A DNA stretch of 64,000 bases from Eubacteriales bacterium (GTDB lineage Bacteria; Bacillota; Clostridia; Oscillospirales; CAG-272), in NCBI GenBank assembly GCA_045644325.1, contig JAZRGT010000099.1:11152-75151 (forward strand), read 5' to 3'. The notes below the pieces were generated by a model that did not search any database, had not been told where the DNA came from, and worked only from the letters and a program-made list of their open reading frames with translations. A program made the position numbers and the translations under genes. Below are positions 45,195-54,315 of the stretch, piece after piece. Each line of letters starts with the position of its first letter. Position 1 is the first letter of the stretch.

Positions 45195-46496
45195 ATGGAA
45201 AAGAAAACAATAGGCAAGTTCATATCCGTTTTGCGCAAGGCAAACGGTATGACACAAAAGGATCTCGCTGACAGACTTTTCGTTTCTGATAAGACCGTCA
45301 GCCGCTGGGAGCGCGACGAGTGCGACCCCGATCTTTCACTTATCCCCGCGATTGCTGAGCTATTCGGGATCACAACGGATGAACTGCTCCGAGGTGAGCG
45401 GAATTCACCCGCCTCTGCCGAATATCAAAATGAAGACGAGATCATCAAGCAAAAGAAAAAGACCGAAAAGCAATTTAAAGCTATGCTCTTCGGCAAGAAG
45501 CGTAAATTCGAGAATCTCACTCTTATTTCTGTCGGAATATCGCTACTCGGTCTGATCGTCGGAATGATAATCAACCTCGGCTTCTCGAAGGGACTCATCG
45601 CATTCTTTACCACCTCTGCATTTCTGCTCGGCGGCACGATCTGTCAGATCTGCTTTACGTCCAACGCGAAAATCGCCGTAAACGATGACGACGATTACCG
45701 CGAGCTTACCGAGGCGGCAAACACAGCGTTTTTACAAAAATCTATCGCAGTATATTTTGTAAATATCGCGATCTTCGCGTTCTGTCTGCCGCTTGTCACG
45801 CTCATAAACGGCGCAAATTTCGGTCTTAAATTCGGATCGTGGCTTTTGTACGGAATTGCATTCGCTGTCGGCGGGAGCATTCTTGCATATATGATCTACC
45901 GCTTTATTATCAAGCCTGCGCTGATTAGTCGGAATATTCTCATTTTTAATGAAATGGGACTTGCGCGCGAAAAATATACGCGAAAGCTTCTGATTCGACT
46001 TTCGTCGGTCAGCTTGGTTATCGCAATTCTTCTCGGTATTGCAATAACGGTTGTCAACAGTTTCGGTACAGCAGAATTTGCAGACAAAGTAATTCTTGAA
46101 ACTCCCGAAGAGTTCAAGGAATACATGGAATCAAGCTATGACGAAGCGAAAAATATATCGGGCGATTGGTACTATGACGAAAATGGAAACCTCATAGGCT
46201 CTGCAGTCATCGTCGACGAAGATAATCCCGATCCTTTCAAGGTTTATGACAATCTTCTTGATAAGAACGGAAACGTACTCTGCGAATACTATTACCACTC
46301 CAACCTGTATTCGCGTATCGAGTATAATATAGAGTCCGAAAATCGTTGTCCGATAACGGTCTACACACAAGAGGCGATGAGAGAAGCGGGAGTTTTGATA
46401 TCAGAAATCAAATCTATGCTTGGTATCGCTATCTTTGCAGAGGTGTCACTATTCGTAGGGATTTACATTATCAAGGTAGCAAGGAAAAAAGATTAA
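45195..46496 (+). CDS. Membrane-tethered XRE-family HTH protein (HTH, about 6 TM helices, C-terminal extracytoplasmic domain)
   Basis: KFISVLRKANGMTQKDLADRLFVSDKTVSRWERDE HTH_3 signature, multiple hydrophobic helices, GGAGG RBS. Confidence 0.8.
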   Translation: MEKKTIGKFISVLRKANGMTQKDLADRLFVSDKTVSRWERDECDPDLSLIPAIAELFGITTDELLRGERNSPASAEYQNEDEIIKQKKKTEKQFKAMLFGKKRKFENLTLISVGISLLGLIVGMIINLGFSKGLIAFFTTSAFLLGGTICQICFTSNAKIAVNDDDDYRELTEAANTAFLQKSIAVYFVNIAIFAFCLPLVTLINGANFGLKFGSWLLYGIAFAVGGSILAYMIYRFIIKPALISRNILIFNEMGLAREKYTRKLLIRLSSVSLVIAILLGIAITVVNSFGTAEFADKVILETPEEFKEYMESSYDEAKNISGDWYYDENGNLIGSAVIVDEDNPDPFKVYDNLLDKNGNVLCEYYYHSNLYSRIEYNIESENRCPITVYTQEAMREAGVLISEIKSMLGIAIFAEVSLFVGIYIIKVARKKD

Positions 46497-46502
46497 AACA
46501 AC

Positions 46503-46528
46503 AGAGCACCGCGCGGGCGCGGTGCTCT
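46503..46528. terminator. GC hairpin after the XRE-membrane gene (no U-tail on the plus strand)
   Basis: AGAGCACCGCG-CGGG-CGCGGTGCTCT. Nearly identical to the hairpin at 47122-47145. Confidence 0.55.
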
Positions 46529-46695
46529 CAGTCTACTGACATACTTTTACATAAAAGCAGCTCGATGAATTCACAAAGAAAGATAAATAGCTGTGTTCGC
46601 GCAAACAGAATATGACTTTCACGACCGTGCATAGCTATCAACTTAAGAAATTTCAGCTAAAATAATTGCGACTCTCGATAGTTAAGTACAGATCC

Positions 46696-46750
46696 CGCCA
46701 CCCCTCATCCGTCGCTACGCGCCACCTTCTCCCAAGGCCCGGGAGAAGGC
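46696..46750. repeat. Left arm of a 55-bp GC-rich inverted repeat (contains its own 9-bp hairpin)
   Basis: CGCCACCCCTCATCCGTCGCTACGCGCCACCTTCTCCCAAGGCCCGGGAGAAGGC. Internal stem CCTTCTCCC/GGGAGAAGG. Confidence 0.9.
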
Positions 46751-46907
46751 AAACTTATAATTTCGCTCAATTATTCTAAACTTCATTTAGTGGTTTAACA
46801 AAACATATAGAAAGCATTTTCAAATTCCGTTGAAAGCACTGACATTCGTCGCATTTTTACACGAATGCAGTATATCTCTATAGCTTATGTTAGCAGGTGT
46901 TATATAA

Positions 46908-46962
46908 GCCTTCTCCCGGACCTTGGGAGAAGGTGGCGCGTAGCGACGGATGAGGGGTGGCG
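46908..46962. repeat. Right arm of the 55-bp inverted repeat (54/55 complementary to the left arm)
   Basis: GCCTTCTCCCGGACCTTGGGAGAAGGTGGCGCGTAGCGACGGATGAGGGGTGGCG. Separated from the left arm by a 157-bp AT-rich spacer. Confidence 0.9.
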
Positions 46963-47121
46963 CCATTTGCACTGTATTTTATCAAGTGCATTTTTCTTTA
47001 TTTTCTTAAATTGAGAGTTTTTCCGGGTTGCAGCGTGCTGATTTTGTATGTACTAACACAGATTTCTATTTTGGCTTATAATTCTGTTTTACGATAATTT
47101 TAATACTTTAGAAGCAAAACG

Positions 47122-47145
47122 AGAGCACCGCAGGCGCGGTGCTCT
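47122..47145. terminator. Bidirectional terminator after the zinc-ribbon gene
   Basis: AGAGCACCGC-AGGC-GCGGTGCTCT, flanked by AAAAC and GTTTTT. Confidence 0.8.
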
Positions 47146-47152
47146 GTTTTTA

Positions 47153-47440
47153 TCAAAAATATTCGTGCTTACAGTTAGGACATTTCGGATAATCGTAATC
47201 GTGGACCGTGCCACATTCGGGGCAGGTCTGTTTCGGAGTCTCATCGTCGAGTGTTTCGTTTTCTGCGAGGAAAAACTCAAGTTTTCTGCACTTGGGGCAA
47301 ACGTATATCTGCACCTCGAGCGCACCCGACAAAAGATTCGGCAGGTCGCCGAGAACCCAGCCGGTCTTACCGAGCTGAATTCTCTCACGCGACAGATACT
47401 GCATATCCTCTCCGCAACGGAGACATTTCATCGTGTCCAT
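47153..47440 (-). CDS. Double zinc-ribbon small protein
   Basis: CLRCG...CPKC and CPECG...CPNC pairs. Starts 8 nt after the glnA stop. Confidence 0.6.
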   Translation of the reverse strand: MDTMKCLRCGEDMQYLSRERIQLGKTGWVLGDLPNLLSGALEVQIYVCPKCRKLEFFLAENETLDDETPKQTCPECGTVHDYDYPKCPNCKHEYF

Positions 47441-47448
47441 AATTAGAA

Positions 47449-48873
47449 TTAAAGATTAAAGTACTTATCAAACTCTGCGGGGTGCGGGATCTTGGACATC
47501 TCGCTGCACTCGGCGCGCTTGGTCTTGATGAAGTTTTTGATAAGCTCCTCGGGGAATACGCCGCCTGCTGTGAGGTAGTCGTGGTCTGCCTCGAGAGCGG
47601 AGAGAGCTTCCTCGAGAGAGGTGGGAAGTCCCTTGAGCTTTGCCTTCTCTTCCTCGGGAAGGTGGAAGAGGTTGAAGTCGTAGGGACCCCAGCCTTCAGC
47701 GTGGGGATCGATCTTATTCTTGACACCGTCAAGACCTGCCATAAGGATTGCCGCGTAGCAGAAGTAGGGGTTGCAGGTCGCGTCGGGGTTACGAAGCTCG
47801 AAACGGCGCTTTTCGGGCGACTTTGCATAAGCGGGGATTCTGATTACCGCGCTTCTGTTCGAGGTCGCATAGCCGATTGTTACGGGTGCCTCGAAGCCGG
47901 GAACAAGTCTCTTGAAGGAGTTGGTGCTGGGGTTGGTGAGTGCGCAGAGGGATGCAATATGCTTGAGAAGTCCGCCCATGAAGTAATGCGCGGTTTCGGA
48001 GAGGTGAGCGTAGCCGTTATCGTCAGAGAATACGGGCTTGCCGTCCTTCATAAGGAGCATATGAACGTGCATTCCGCTTCCTGCCTCGCCGTAGATGGGC
48101 TTGGGCATAAATGTTGCGGTCTTGCCGTACTTGAGCGCGGTGTTGTGGATGATGTACTTGATCATCATAGTAGCATCAGCCATATGTACTACCTCGCCGA
48201 GCTGAGGCTCGATCTCAAACTGACCGGATGCGGCAACCTCGGGGTGGTGATAGTTGATCTCGATGCCCATTTCCTTCATAAGAAGGCACATTTCGCTACG
48301 TGCTTCATAGGAAATATCAAAGGGCTTTGCAATGTGATAATTCTTCTGCTTGGGAACGACGACGCCGAGGCCCTCGGTTGCGCTGTTCCAATAGGACTGC
48401 TTTGCGTCGATGGAGGCGCTGATCTCGTTACCGCTGACCTGCCAGCCTGCGCGGTCGAAGAGATAGAACTCGAATTCGGGAAGAATGAACATCTCATCAG
48501 CGATGCCGCTCTTCTTCATTTCCGCAACAGCCGCCTTGATGATGTTTCTGGGGTACTGGGGCAGGGGGCGGTTTTCGGGTGTGTCGATGATCATTGCATT
48601 ACCGGTCATCGAAAGGGTGGGAATGGAACAGAAGGGGTCGATGACTGCGGTATCGGGGTCGGGGATGAATACCATATCGCTCTTCTCTACTACCGCATAG
48701 CCGTAGTTGGACGCGTCAAAGCCGATACCGCTCTTCATAGTGTCCTCAGAGAAGTTAGCCGCGGGAATGGATACGTGACGGTACTGACCGTTGATATCGA
48801 CCATCTTGAAGTCGATCATCTTTATACCGTTTTCTTCGATCATCTGAATGATGTCTTTTACGTTCTTGCTCAT
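47449..48873 (-). CDS. glnA: Glutamine synthetase (type I-like)
   Basis: KPIYGEAGSGMHVHMLL ATP-site motif, FDASNYGY, NPYF and RIP motifs, 474 aa. Confidence 0.9.
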   Translation of the reverse strand: MSKNVKDIIQMIEENGIKMIDFKMVDINGQYRHVSIPAANFSEDTMKSGIGFDASNYGYAVVEKSDMVFIPDPDTAVIDPFCSIPTLSMTGNAMIIDTPENRPLPQYPRNIIKAAVAEMKKSGIADEMFILPEFEFYLFDRAGWQVSGNEISASIDAKQSYWNSATEGLGVVVPKQKNYHIAKPFDISYEARSEMCLLMKEMGIEINYHHPEVAASGQFEIEPQLGEVVHMADATMMIKYIIHNTALKYGKTATFMPKPIYGEAGSGMHVHMLLMKDGKPVFSDDNGYAHLSETAHYFMGGLLKHIASLCALTNPSTNSFKRLVPGFEAPVTIGYATSNRSAVIRIPAYAKSPEKRRFELRNPDATCNPYFCYAAILMAGLDGVKNKIDPHAEGWGPYDFNLFHLPEEEKAKLKGLPTSLEEALSALEADHDYLTAGGVFPEELIKNFIKTKRAECSEMSKIPHPAEFDKYFNL

Positions 48874-48903
48874 TTTAGTGCCTCCGTATTTTTGGATGAT
48901 AAT

Positions 48904-48932
48904 ATAATACTACAAAATGCGAAAAAAATCAA
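48904..48932 (-). promoter_or_regulatory. Sigma-A promoter of glnA
   Basis: Minus strand reads TTGATT, 17-nt spacer, TATTAT. Confidence 0.6.
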
Positions 48933-48949
48933 TAGAAAAGTGATATTTT

Positions 48950-50341
48950 TTACTCAAACATCATATTTTCTACGAACAGATCGGTGAAATATTTGTTCGC
49001 TGACAGATCGACGTAATTTATCATTTTTATCAAGCCGTCGAGATCGTTTCCCTCGATAGCAAACTTTACCGTTCCCTGCAGACTGCTGTTATTCAGCGCA
49101 ACGGTTTTGCCCGCGAGCTCGCGCGGGAGGAGTCCGCTGTTTACGGCATTCTGTATATTGATCTTACTTGAAAATCCGCCCGAGATATACATATGGGAAA
49201 TATCATCGAAATCAACGCCCTCGGTCTTCATCAGCGAGAGTATCGCCGAGCAGACTGCGGATTTGGCAAGCTGATACTGTCTTACGTCATCGGTGGCGAG
49301 GTAGACTCCGTCGGCGATTTCATAATCGTCGTCCATATAGCCCGTTTCGTCAATTATTTCGTTGCGAAGGAGCTCGGTGATTATGTCGATCAGACCTGTA
49401 CCGCAGATGCCGACGGCTTTTTCGTCTGCAATCGTCTGATAGGTTGCGTTGCCGTAATCAAGACGGAAGGAATAGATCGCGCCCTTCGTTGCGCTCATTC
49501 CGCAGCTGATGTTCGCGCCCTCAAAGCAAGGTCCTGCTGCTGCGGCGGTGGCAACTCCCGACTTATTAGAGAACAATACTACCTCCGCATTAGTTCCGAG
49601 GTCGACGAGGAGATCGTACTTCCCTTCCTCGGGCGTTCCGACAAGTCCAAGGCCTGCGACGATATCCGCGCCGACGAATGATGCCACGGACGGGAGCGAG
49701 ATTACAGTTTTTACGCCGCGAAGACCGATCGACTCTGCCTGCTCCGTTTTACTTTCAAGAAATACGGGAGTGTACGGTGCGACGCCGATGGATGACGGAT
49801 CGATGCCGAATAGCGTGTGAAGCATAGTGACGTTTGCGGAAACGTACATATTATCAACGCATCCGACGTCAAATTCCGCGATCATTCGGTTGATTTCATT
49901 CACGAGAACCGATTGAAGCTCTTTTACCGAGTTCTTTTGGCAATAGTCAATACGCGTAATAACGTCCGCGCCGTAAGCTCTTTGAGGATTTGTTGCAGTT
50001 GCGACCTTTACGGTCTTTTTCTCATCGAGCGAAACAAGGGCGAGGGCGAGGGTGGTAGTTCCAATATCGAGAGCGAAGCAGAGCTTGCCCGAAGCCGAAC
50101 CGCTTGCGCTGATGCCGGTTTCTGAAATTATCGCGCTCTTTTCATAGGTTTCAACCTCAATGTCGGACTCGACAATATATCTGCACGCGAGCTTTTCTTC
50201 GCCGCAGACCTTGACCTTGCATTTGCCGCAGGTGCCTCTGCCGCCGCAGGGCTTTTCAATATCGAGTAAATCCGAGAGGACCGTACCTGCGGGCGCAAGT
50301 ACGGTCTTTCCGTTTATTGTAACTTTAAACTGCTTATTCAT
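48950..50341 (-). CDS. Corrinoid reductive activase (RACo/RamA-like: 2Fe-2S ferredoxin domain + ASKHA/DUF4445 ATPase)
   Basis: N-terminal CGGRGTCGKCKV...C cluster motif. ASKHA motifs DIGTTT, DLGTNAE, GICGTG. Confidence 0.75.
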   Translation of the reverse strand: MNKQFKVTINGKTVLAPAGTVLSDLLDIEKPCGGRGTCGKCKVKVCGEEKLACRYIVESDIEVETYEKSAIISETGISASGSASGKLCFALDIGTTTLALALVSLDEKKTVKVATATNPQRAYGADVITRIDYCQKNSVKELQSVLVNEINRMIAEFDVGCVDNMYVSANVTMLHTLFGIDPSSIGVAPYTPVFLESKTEQAESIGLRGVKTVISLPSVASFVGADIVAGLGLVGTPEEGKYDLLVDLGTNAEVVLFSNKSGVATAAAAGPCFEGANISCGMSATKGAIYSFRLDYGNATYQTIADEKAVGICGTGLIDIITELLRNEIIDETGYMDDDYEIADGVYLATDDVRQYQLAKSAVCSAILSLMKTEGVDFDDISHMYISGGFSSKINIQNAVNSGLLPRELAGKTVALNNSSLQGTVKFAIEGNDLDGLIKMINYVDLSANKYFTDLFVENMMFE

Positions 50342-50342
50342 T

Positions 50343-50918
50343 TTATTCTCCGTCGGGCGTGAACAGTACCGCGCCGAAATAGGTGACGGTATTCTGACCG
50401 TTGATGTACTTCATACCGGCAGACTTCGCAAGCTCGTTGACGTTGACACAGTATGCCTCAAGCGACGCCATAGCGAGCTCGGGGAAACGGCAGGGCTCAC
50501 CCGTGCGCTTGGCACAGACCTTGCAAACGCCGCATGCTCCGACACCGAGATGAAGAGCGTTATTAATCCCCATCTCGCCAAAAGCAGAGCGGAGATTTTG
50601 CGATAACGGACGGAAGTTCTGCTTCGCCTCCGTCATTCCTTCGATATCAAAGCTGTCTTCAAGCTGTGATACTGTCTGATAAACCAGAGCGTATTTATAA
50701 TTCTTCAACTGCGCTGTAAGGGCTTCGACATCGCCTACGTCGGGCGGGCACATATAGCACTTTCCGCACATTCCGCATCCGTTTGAGAGGCAGATGTCAC
50801 GAAATACGCGATCGGTCTTTATCTCGCTTGCGCGAATAACGCTTGCTTTGTTGGCGCCAAGCTCAAGCGCCTTATCAATAATAATCTTATCTTCCATAAT
50901 ATTCATTACTTGCCGCAA
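50343..50918 (-). CDS. DUF2284-like Cys-rich metal-binding protein
   Basis: CGMCGKCYMCPP and GACGVCKVCAKRTGEPCRFP motifs. Start may be a downstream Met, since it overlaps the upstream gene by 32 nt. Confidence 0.6.
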   Translation of the reverse strand: MRQVMNIMEDKIIIDKALELGANKASVIRASEIKTDRVFRDICLSNGCGMCGKCYMCPPDVGDVEALTAQLKNYKYALVYQTVSQLEDSFDIEGMTEAKQNFRPLSQNLRSAFGEMGINNALHLGVGACGVCKVCAKRTGEPCRFPELAMASLEAYCVNVNELAKSAGMKYINGQNTVTYFGAVLFTPDGE

Positions 50919-51900
50919 AGAATGCGTCGATGTTCTCCCACGGAGTCATGGGAGGTACGTCACAGCCGGTTGAGAGGACGAAATTCGGGTACTTCGAGCA
51001 CTTCTCGAGAAGCGCGAGTGTTTCCAAGCGCACCTTTTCGGGAGTGCCGAGACGAAGTGTTCCCGCGGGATCTATATTGCCCATTACTACTGTATCGGCG
51101 GGGATATTCGGAATGATATCCTTCTCCATATCCACCGAGTTGCCGAAATGGTAAGCGGCACAGCCCGTGGTCAGGATCGAATCGAGCATCTTGGGTACGT
51201 TATCGCCGCAGTTATGGTAAATGACCGCAAAGTCGTCAGTCTGCACCGCGTCTACGATCTTTTTGACGTATGGCGATCCGAATTCTTCCTCGAGAGTCGG
51301 GGAGAGCAGACCCGCTACGGGCTCTGCCATAACGATTCCGTTTGCGCCCGCAGCCTTGTATGCCTTGGCGTATTCGCAAAGGAATTCGGTGACCTTTTCA
51401 AGCACCGTGTGCACCATATCGGGATCATCGTAGCAATCCATCATTATTTCGGTCACGTCAAGAAGACGCGCCGCGAGGGAGAAAGGACCGATCATACCCG
51501 CGAGCACGGGGCGGTCGGTTATCTCCGCAGATGCATTTTTGATGGCGTCAAGATATATCTGCGTTCTGCCGCTTCCGACAGCAGGAACAGCGAGAGCTTC
51601 TGCTTCATCCATATCATTGACTATTCTGCCTTTGACGGTGGGAACCTCTTCGTCGGAAACCACGATATTGGCGCCGAAGCATTCAGCCTCGAGGGAAAGA
51701 TCCATAAAGCTGACAGATGCGGCGGAGGGAGTTCTGTCGGCTACAGCCTTCATTCCCCTTGCCTGAAGCTCGCTCGAGGAGATCAAATCGCGGACGGTGA
51801 CGCTGAGGAGGCTAACGCAGGGAAAGGAAAGTATCGGAATCGGATTCTTCGCGCCGATGCCTTTAAGCGACGCAATCCATTCTTTCATATTGTAATTCAT
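50887..51900 (-). CDS. URO-D-family methylcobamide methyltransferase (MtaA/MtbA-like, MT2-type)
   Basis: 337 aa with H-x-C (YHNCGD) plus a downstream Cys (STGCDVPP), consistent with the His-x-Cys-Xn-Cys zinc motif of MT2 enzymes. Confidence 0.7.
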   Translation of the reverse strand: MNYNMKEWIASLKGIGAKNPIPILSFPCVSLLSVTVRDLISSSELQARGMKAVADRTPSAASVSFMDLSLEAECFGANIVVSDEEVPTVKGRIVNDMDEAEALAVPAVGSGRTQIYLDAIKNASAEITDRPVLAGMIGPFSLAARLLDVTEIMMDCYDDPDMVHTVLEKVTEFLCEYAKAYKAAGANGIVMAEPVAGLLSPTLEEEFGSPYVKKIVDAVQTDDFAVIYHNCGDNVPKMLDSILTTGCAAYHFGNSVDMEKDIIPNIPADTVVMGNIDPAGTLRLGTPEKVRLETLALLEKCSKYPNFVLSTGCDVPPMTPWENIDAFFAASNEYYGR

Positions 51901-51917
51901 ATCGAAATCCTCTGAAA

Positions 51918-53039
51918 TTAAATTCGGATATTCTTGATCTCTTCAGCGTAATACTGAACAAGCTCAAATTTTGAGCCGGGCAACAGACGGTGATCGGGAC
52001 AGGGGATGAATCCTCCCATATCAAACAGACGTTTGATACGTTCAATCTCAACGTCGACAGCCTGCTTATCCTTGCGGAACGCGGTCTTATCCATACCGCC
52101 GACTCCGAGTATCTCTTTGCCATACTTCTTACGCGCGGGCTCGAACTGATCGCCCCAAGTACCGATCTCGATTGGGAACAAGACGTTTACGCCCGTTTCA
52201 AGCCAAGTGGGGATCAGCTTTTCGGTGACTCCGTCGCAGTCGAGGGAGATGATGTCGATGCCGTGCTTATGTAAAAGATCATTACGCTTTTTATAGTGCT
52301 TGCGGCAGAGCTCGTCAAAAAGTTCGGGGGAAAGGAGCGGTCCGCTCTTGTAGCAGATATCCTCCCAATAATGACCGAAATCAAACTGCGCTCCCGTAGC
52401 AAGTGCCGCCTCGACGCACTTATACTGCATCTCGGCATAGGTATCAACTATGTCTGCGAAGAGTTCCTCGTCCTCATCATAGATGAGATAGCTCATACCC
52501 ATTACGGTGGTTATATCTCTTATATGTCCCATAACGCTGCCGACGTGGATTCCTATCGGAATATCGGTCGCGCGTGTTTCGTTAAATTTCTTTAAAGCCT
52601 CGGTGTTGACTCTTTCGGGTGAGTATTGCATTTTCGGTTTGAAAAGAGTTTCAAAAGCCTCACGGTCCTTGAGAAGATAATCATCTTCAGAAGGAATAGA
52701 TACCACGCCAGGCTTGATGCGCTCAATAACACCGTTAGAAGTCAAGACTCTCTGCGTACCGTCGGGAAGATTTTCGAGCACTTCACGCTTGAAACGTGGA
52801 AACAGGTGGTTATTTGTACCTACCGTGTTGTACCAATTACAATCCCAACCGATGATCTTATCAAGTTCACGTTGCTCGGGAGAGTTATCACGGACGGCTG
52901 CTTTTGCTATTTCGGCAGTGATATGTCCCTGACAAGCCCACTCGTCAAGAAGCTCTCTCCAATAGCCGAAATGAACGGCGGGGATGCGGTCGGTATCCTT
53001 ATAATGCAGGATATTCATACAACGTTCGCGTGTTGTCAT
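51918..53039 (-). CDS. URO-D-family protein (candidate substrate:corrinoid methyltransferase)
   Basis: URO-D-like C-terminal pattern GGFIPCPDHRLLP; 373 aa; no HxC motif seen. Confidence 0.6.
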   Translation of the reverse strand: MTTRERCMNILHYKDTDRIPAVHFGYWRELLDEWACQGHITAEIAKAAVRDNSPEQRELDKIIGWDCNWYNTVGTNNHLFPRFKREVLENLPDGTQRVLTSNGVIERIKPGVVSIPSEDDYLLKDREAFETLFKPKMQYSPERVNTEALKKFNETRATDIPIGIHVGSVMGHIRDITTVMGMSYLIYDEDEELFADIVDTYAEMQYKCVEAALATGAQFDFGHYWEDICYKSGPLLSPELFDELCRKHYKKRNDLLHKHGIDIISLDCDGVTEKLIPTWLETGVNVLFPIEIGTWGDQFEPARKKYGKEILGVGGMDKTAFRKDKQAVDVEIERIKRLFDMGGFIPCPDHRLLPGSKFELVQYYAEEIKNIRI

Positions 53040-53052
53040 ATTGTTATCCCTT

Positions 53053-54282
53053 TCAAATGCTATCGTAATATTTATCGAGCACGTCGCTGACCGTTTGTGC
53101 CCAGACTATCAGATTTTCGGGTCTGCAGGAAACCGTGCTGATATCCTTGAGCACATAGTCATAAGCACAACCGTGTTTAATGCAAGCCTTGACGGTCTCC
53201 TCTACCTCGCGTCTTATGACATCGGGATCGGTGCTGATCGCGACGTGCGCGGGATTCGGTTTCCTTGACAAAACGTAATCTCCGCCGATCTGTTCGGCGC
53301 ATTTTTCAACGTTTGCCCAAGGCGAGCAGCCGATTTTGCGCAGATTGGGTATCTTTTTGAGCACGCCGATTTTATCGTCAAGCGGTTCGCAGCAGCCGTA
53401 GTATGTATAGGTAAACCTTTCTGCAACGGAAAGCAGATAGTTGATTTCGAATTCCTCGAACATTGCGGGCGAGATGACACCAAAGGTCTGCGCCATACTG
53501 CGGCACCACGTTGCCTTCAAGCCTTCACTAGCCAAGCCGGATACATCTCCAGGGGTGCAATGAAGCGACGGTGTCGGGCAGACGTCGAGATGCTTTTCCA
53601 CGAAATCAAGCTCTGCGTGAGCTGCGGAAACGTATCTTTTAATTATCTCGTGAAGGTATTCGGGGCGGTCGTACATATCCATCAGAATCGGCTCAACGCC
53701 GCGCAGACGCGTGATCTTATCCCACGGCGCAAAATAAAAGTAGTCATAGCCATAAAGCTTGACAGGGATCACATCGCCAAGCAGATCGGTATAAAACTCC
53801 ATTCTTGCGGCGTCCTTGTCGGGGCGGAGAGTAAGAACGGGATTGTGTAGCTTTTGGATGGCGGATTCGTCCTCAAGGACATCCTCAAATTCGCGGGAAA
53901 CGATATTGTTGATTGCATCGGTACGCTTTAAACCGACCGTTACGGGATTAAGTCCTATGCCGGTTGAATCAACAGCACGCTTCAGGCGAAATACGGGTTC
54001 ATAAAGATTATCTGCCTTGAAATGCTCGATATAGTAGATGGCTTTTCTGAAATAAAGCTCGGCATTTCGCGCATCCTTGTCCTCACATACGCAGGTAAGC
54101 TCGCCGCCCGAGTTCATCTGATACCACGGGATCTCATCGAGAATGACCGGAGGCCTTCCCTGCTTCAGATCATTGGTATCTCTGAAACGGCGAACCATTT
54201 TTTCCTGCTTTTCGCTGCAGACCAGCTCCATATATCGCTTTGCAAGCTCTCTTACTATCGCTTTATCTTGAGCAGTCATCAC
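53053..54282 (-). CDS. Divergent URO-D-like family protein (candidate methyltransferase)
   Basis: 409 aa, TYYGCCEPLD...KIGCSPWAN Cys-containing barrel end, GGAAGG RBS. Family assignment is by context and weak motif similarity. Confidence 0.5.
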   Translation of the reverse strand: MMTAQDKAIVRELAKRYMELVCSEKQEKMVRRFRDTNDLKQGRPPVILDEIPWYQMNSGGELTCVCEDKDARNAELYFRKAIYYIEHFKADNLYEPVFRLKRAVDSTGIGLNPVTVGLKRTDAINNIVSREFEDVLEDESAIQKLHNPVLTLRPDKDAARMEFYTDLLGDVIPVKLYGYDYFYFAPWDKITRLRGVEPILMDMYDRPEYLHEIIKRYVSAAHAELDFVEKHLDVCPTPSLHCTPGDVSGLASEGLKATWCRSMAQTFGVISPAMFEEFEINYLLSVAERFTYTYYGCCEPLDDKIGVLKKIPNLRKIGCSPWANVEKCAEQIGGDYVLSRKPNPAHVAISTDPDVIRREVEETVKACIKHGCAYDYVLKDISTVSCRPENLIVWAQTVSDVLDKYYDSI

Positions 54283-54315
54283 AAATACCTTCCGAATACG
54301 GAATAGCGAATATTA

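Noticed and set aside
46696-46962. Invertible promoter switch (inverton) interpretation of the 55-bp inverted repeats
   Set aside because: Both flanking genes converge on the element, so an internal promoter would drive nothing sensible. I found no convincing -35/-10 pair in the core. No invertase or recombinase gene is in the window, and 55-bp arms are long for known invertons.
47089-47828. Alternative-frame ORFs (47089-47388, 47385-47828) over the zinc-ribbon gene and the glnA 3' end
   Set aside because: They are Arg/Ser/Pro-rich out-of-frame readings. The chosen frames carry clear Cys-x2-Cys pairs and GS motifs.
48874-48949. glnA leader RNA, or co-transcription of glnA with the methyltransferase operon as a functional link
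   Set aside because: A good sigma-A promoter (TTGATT-17-TATTAT) sits in the 76-nt gap, and there is no room for a structured leader. Adjacency alone does not support a functional link.
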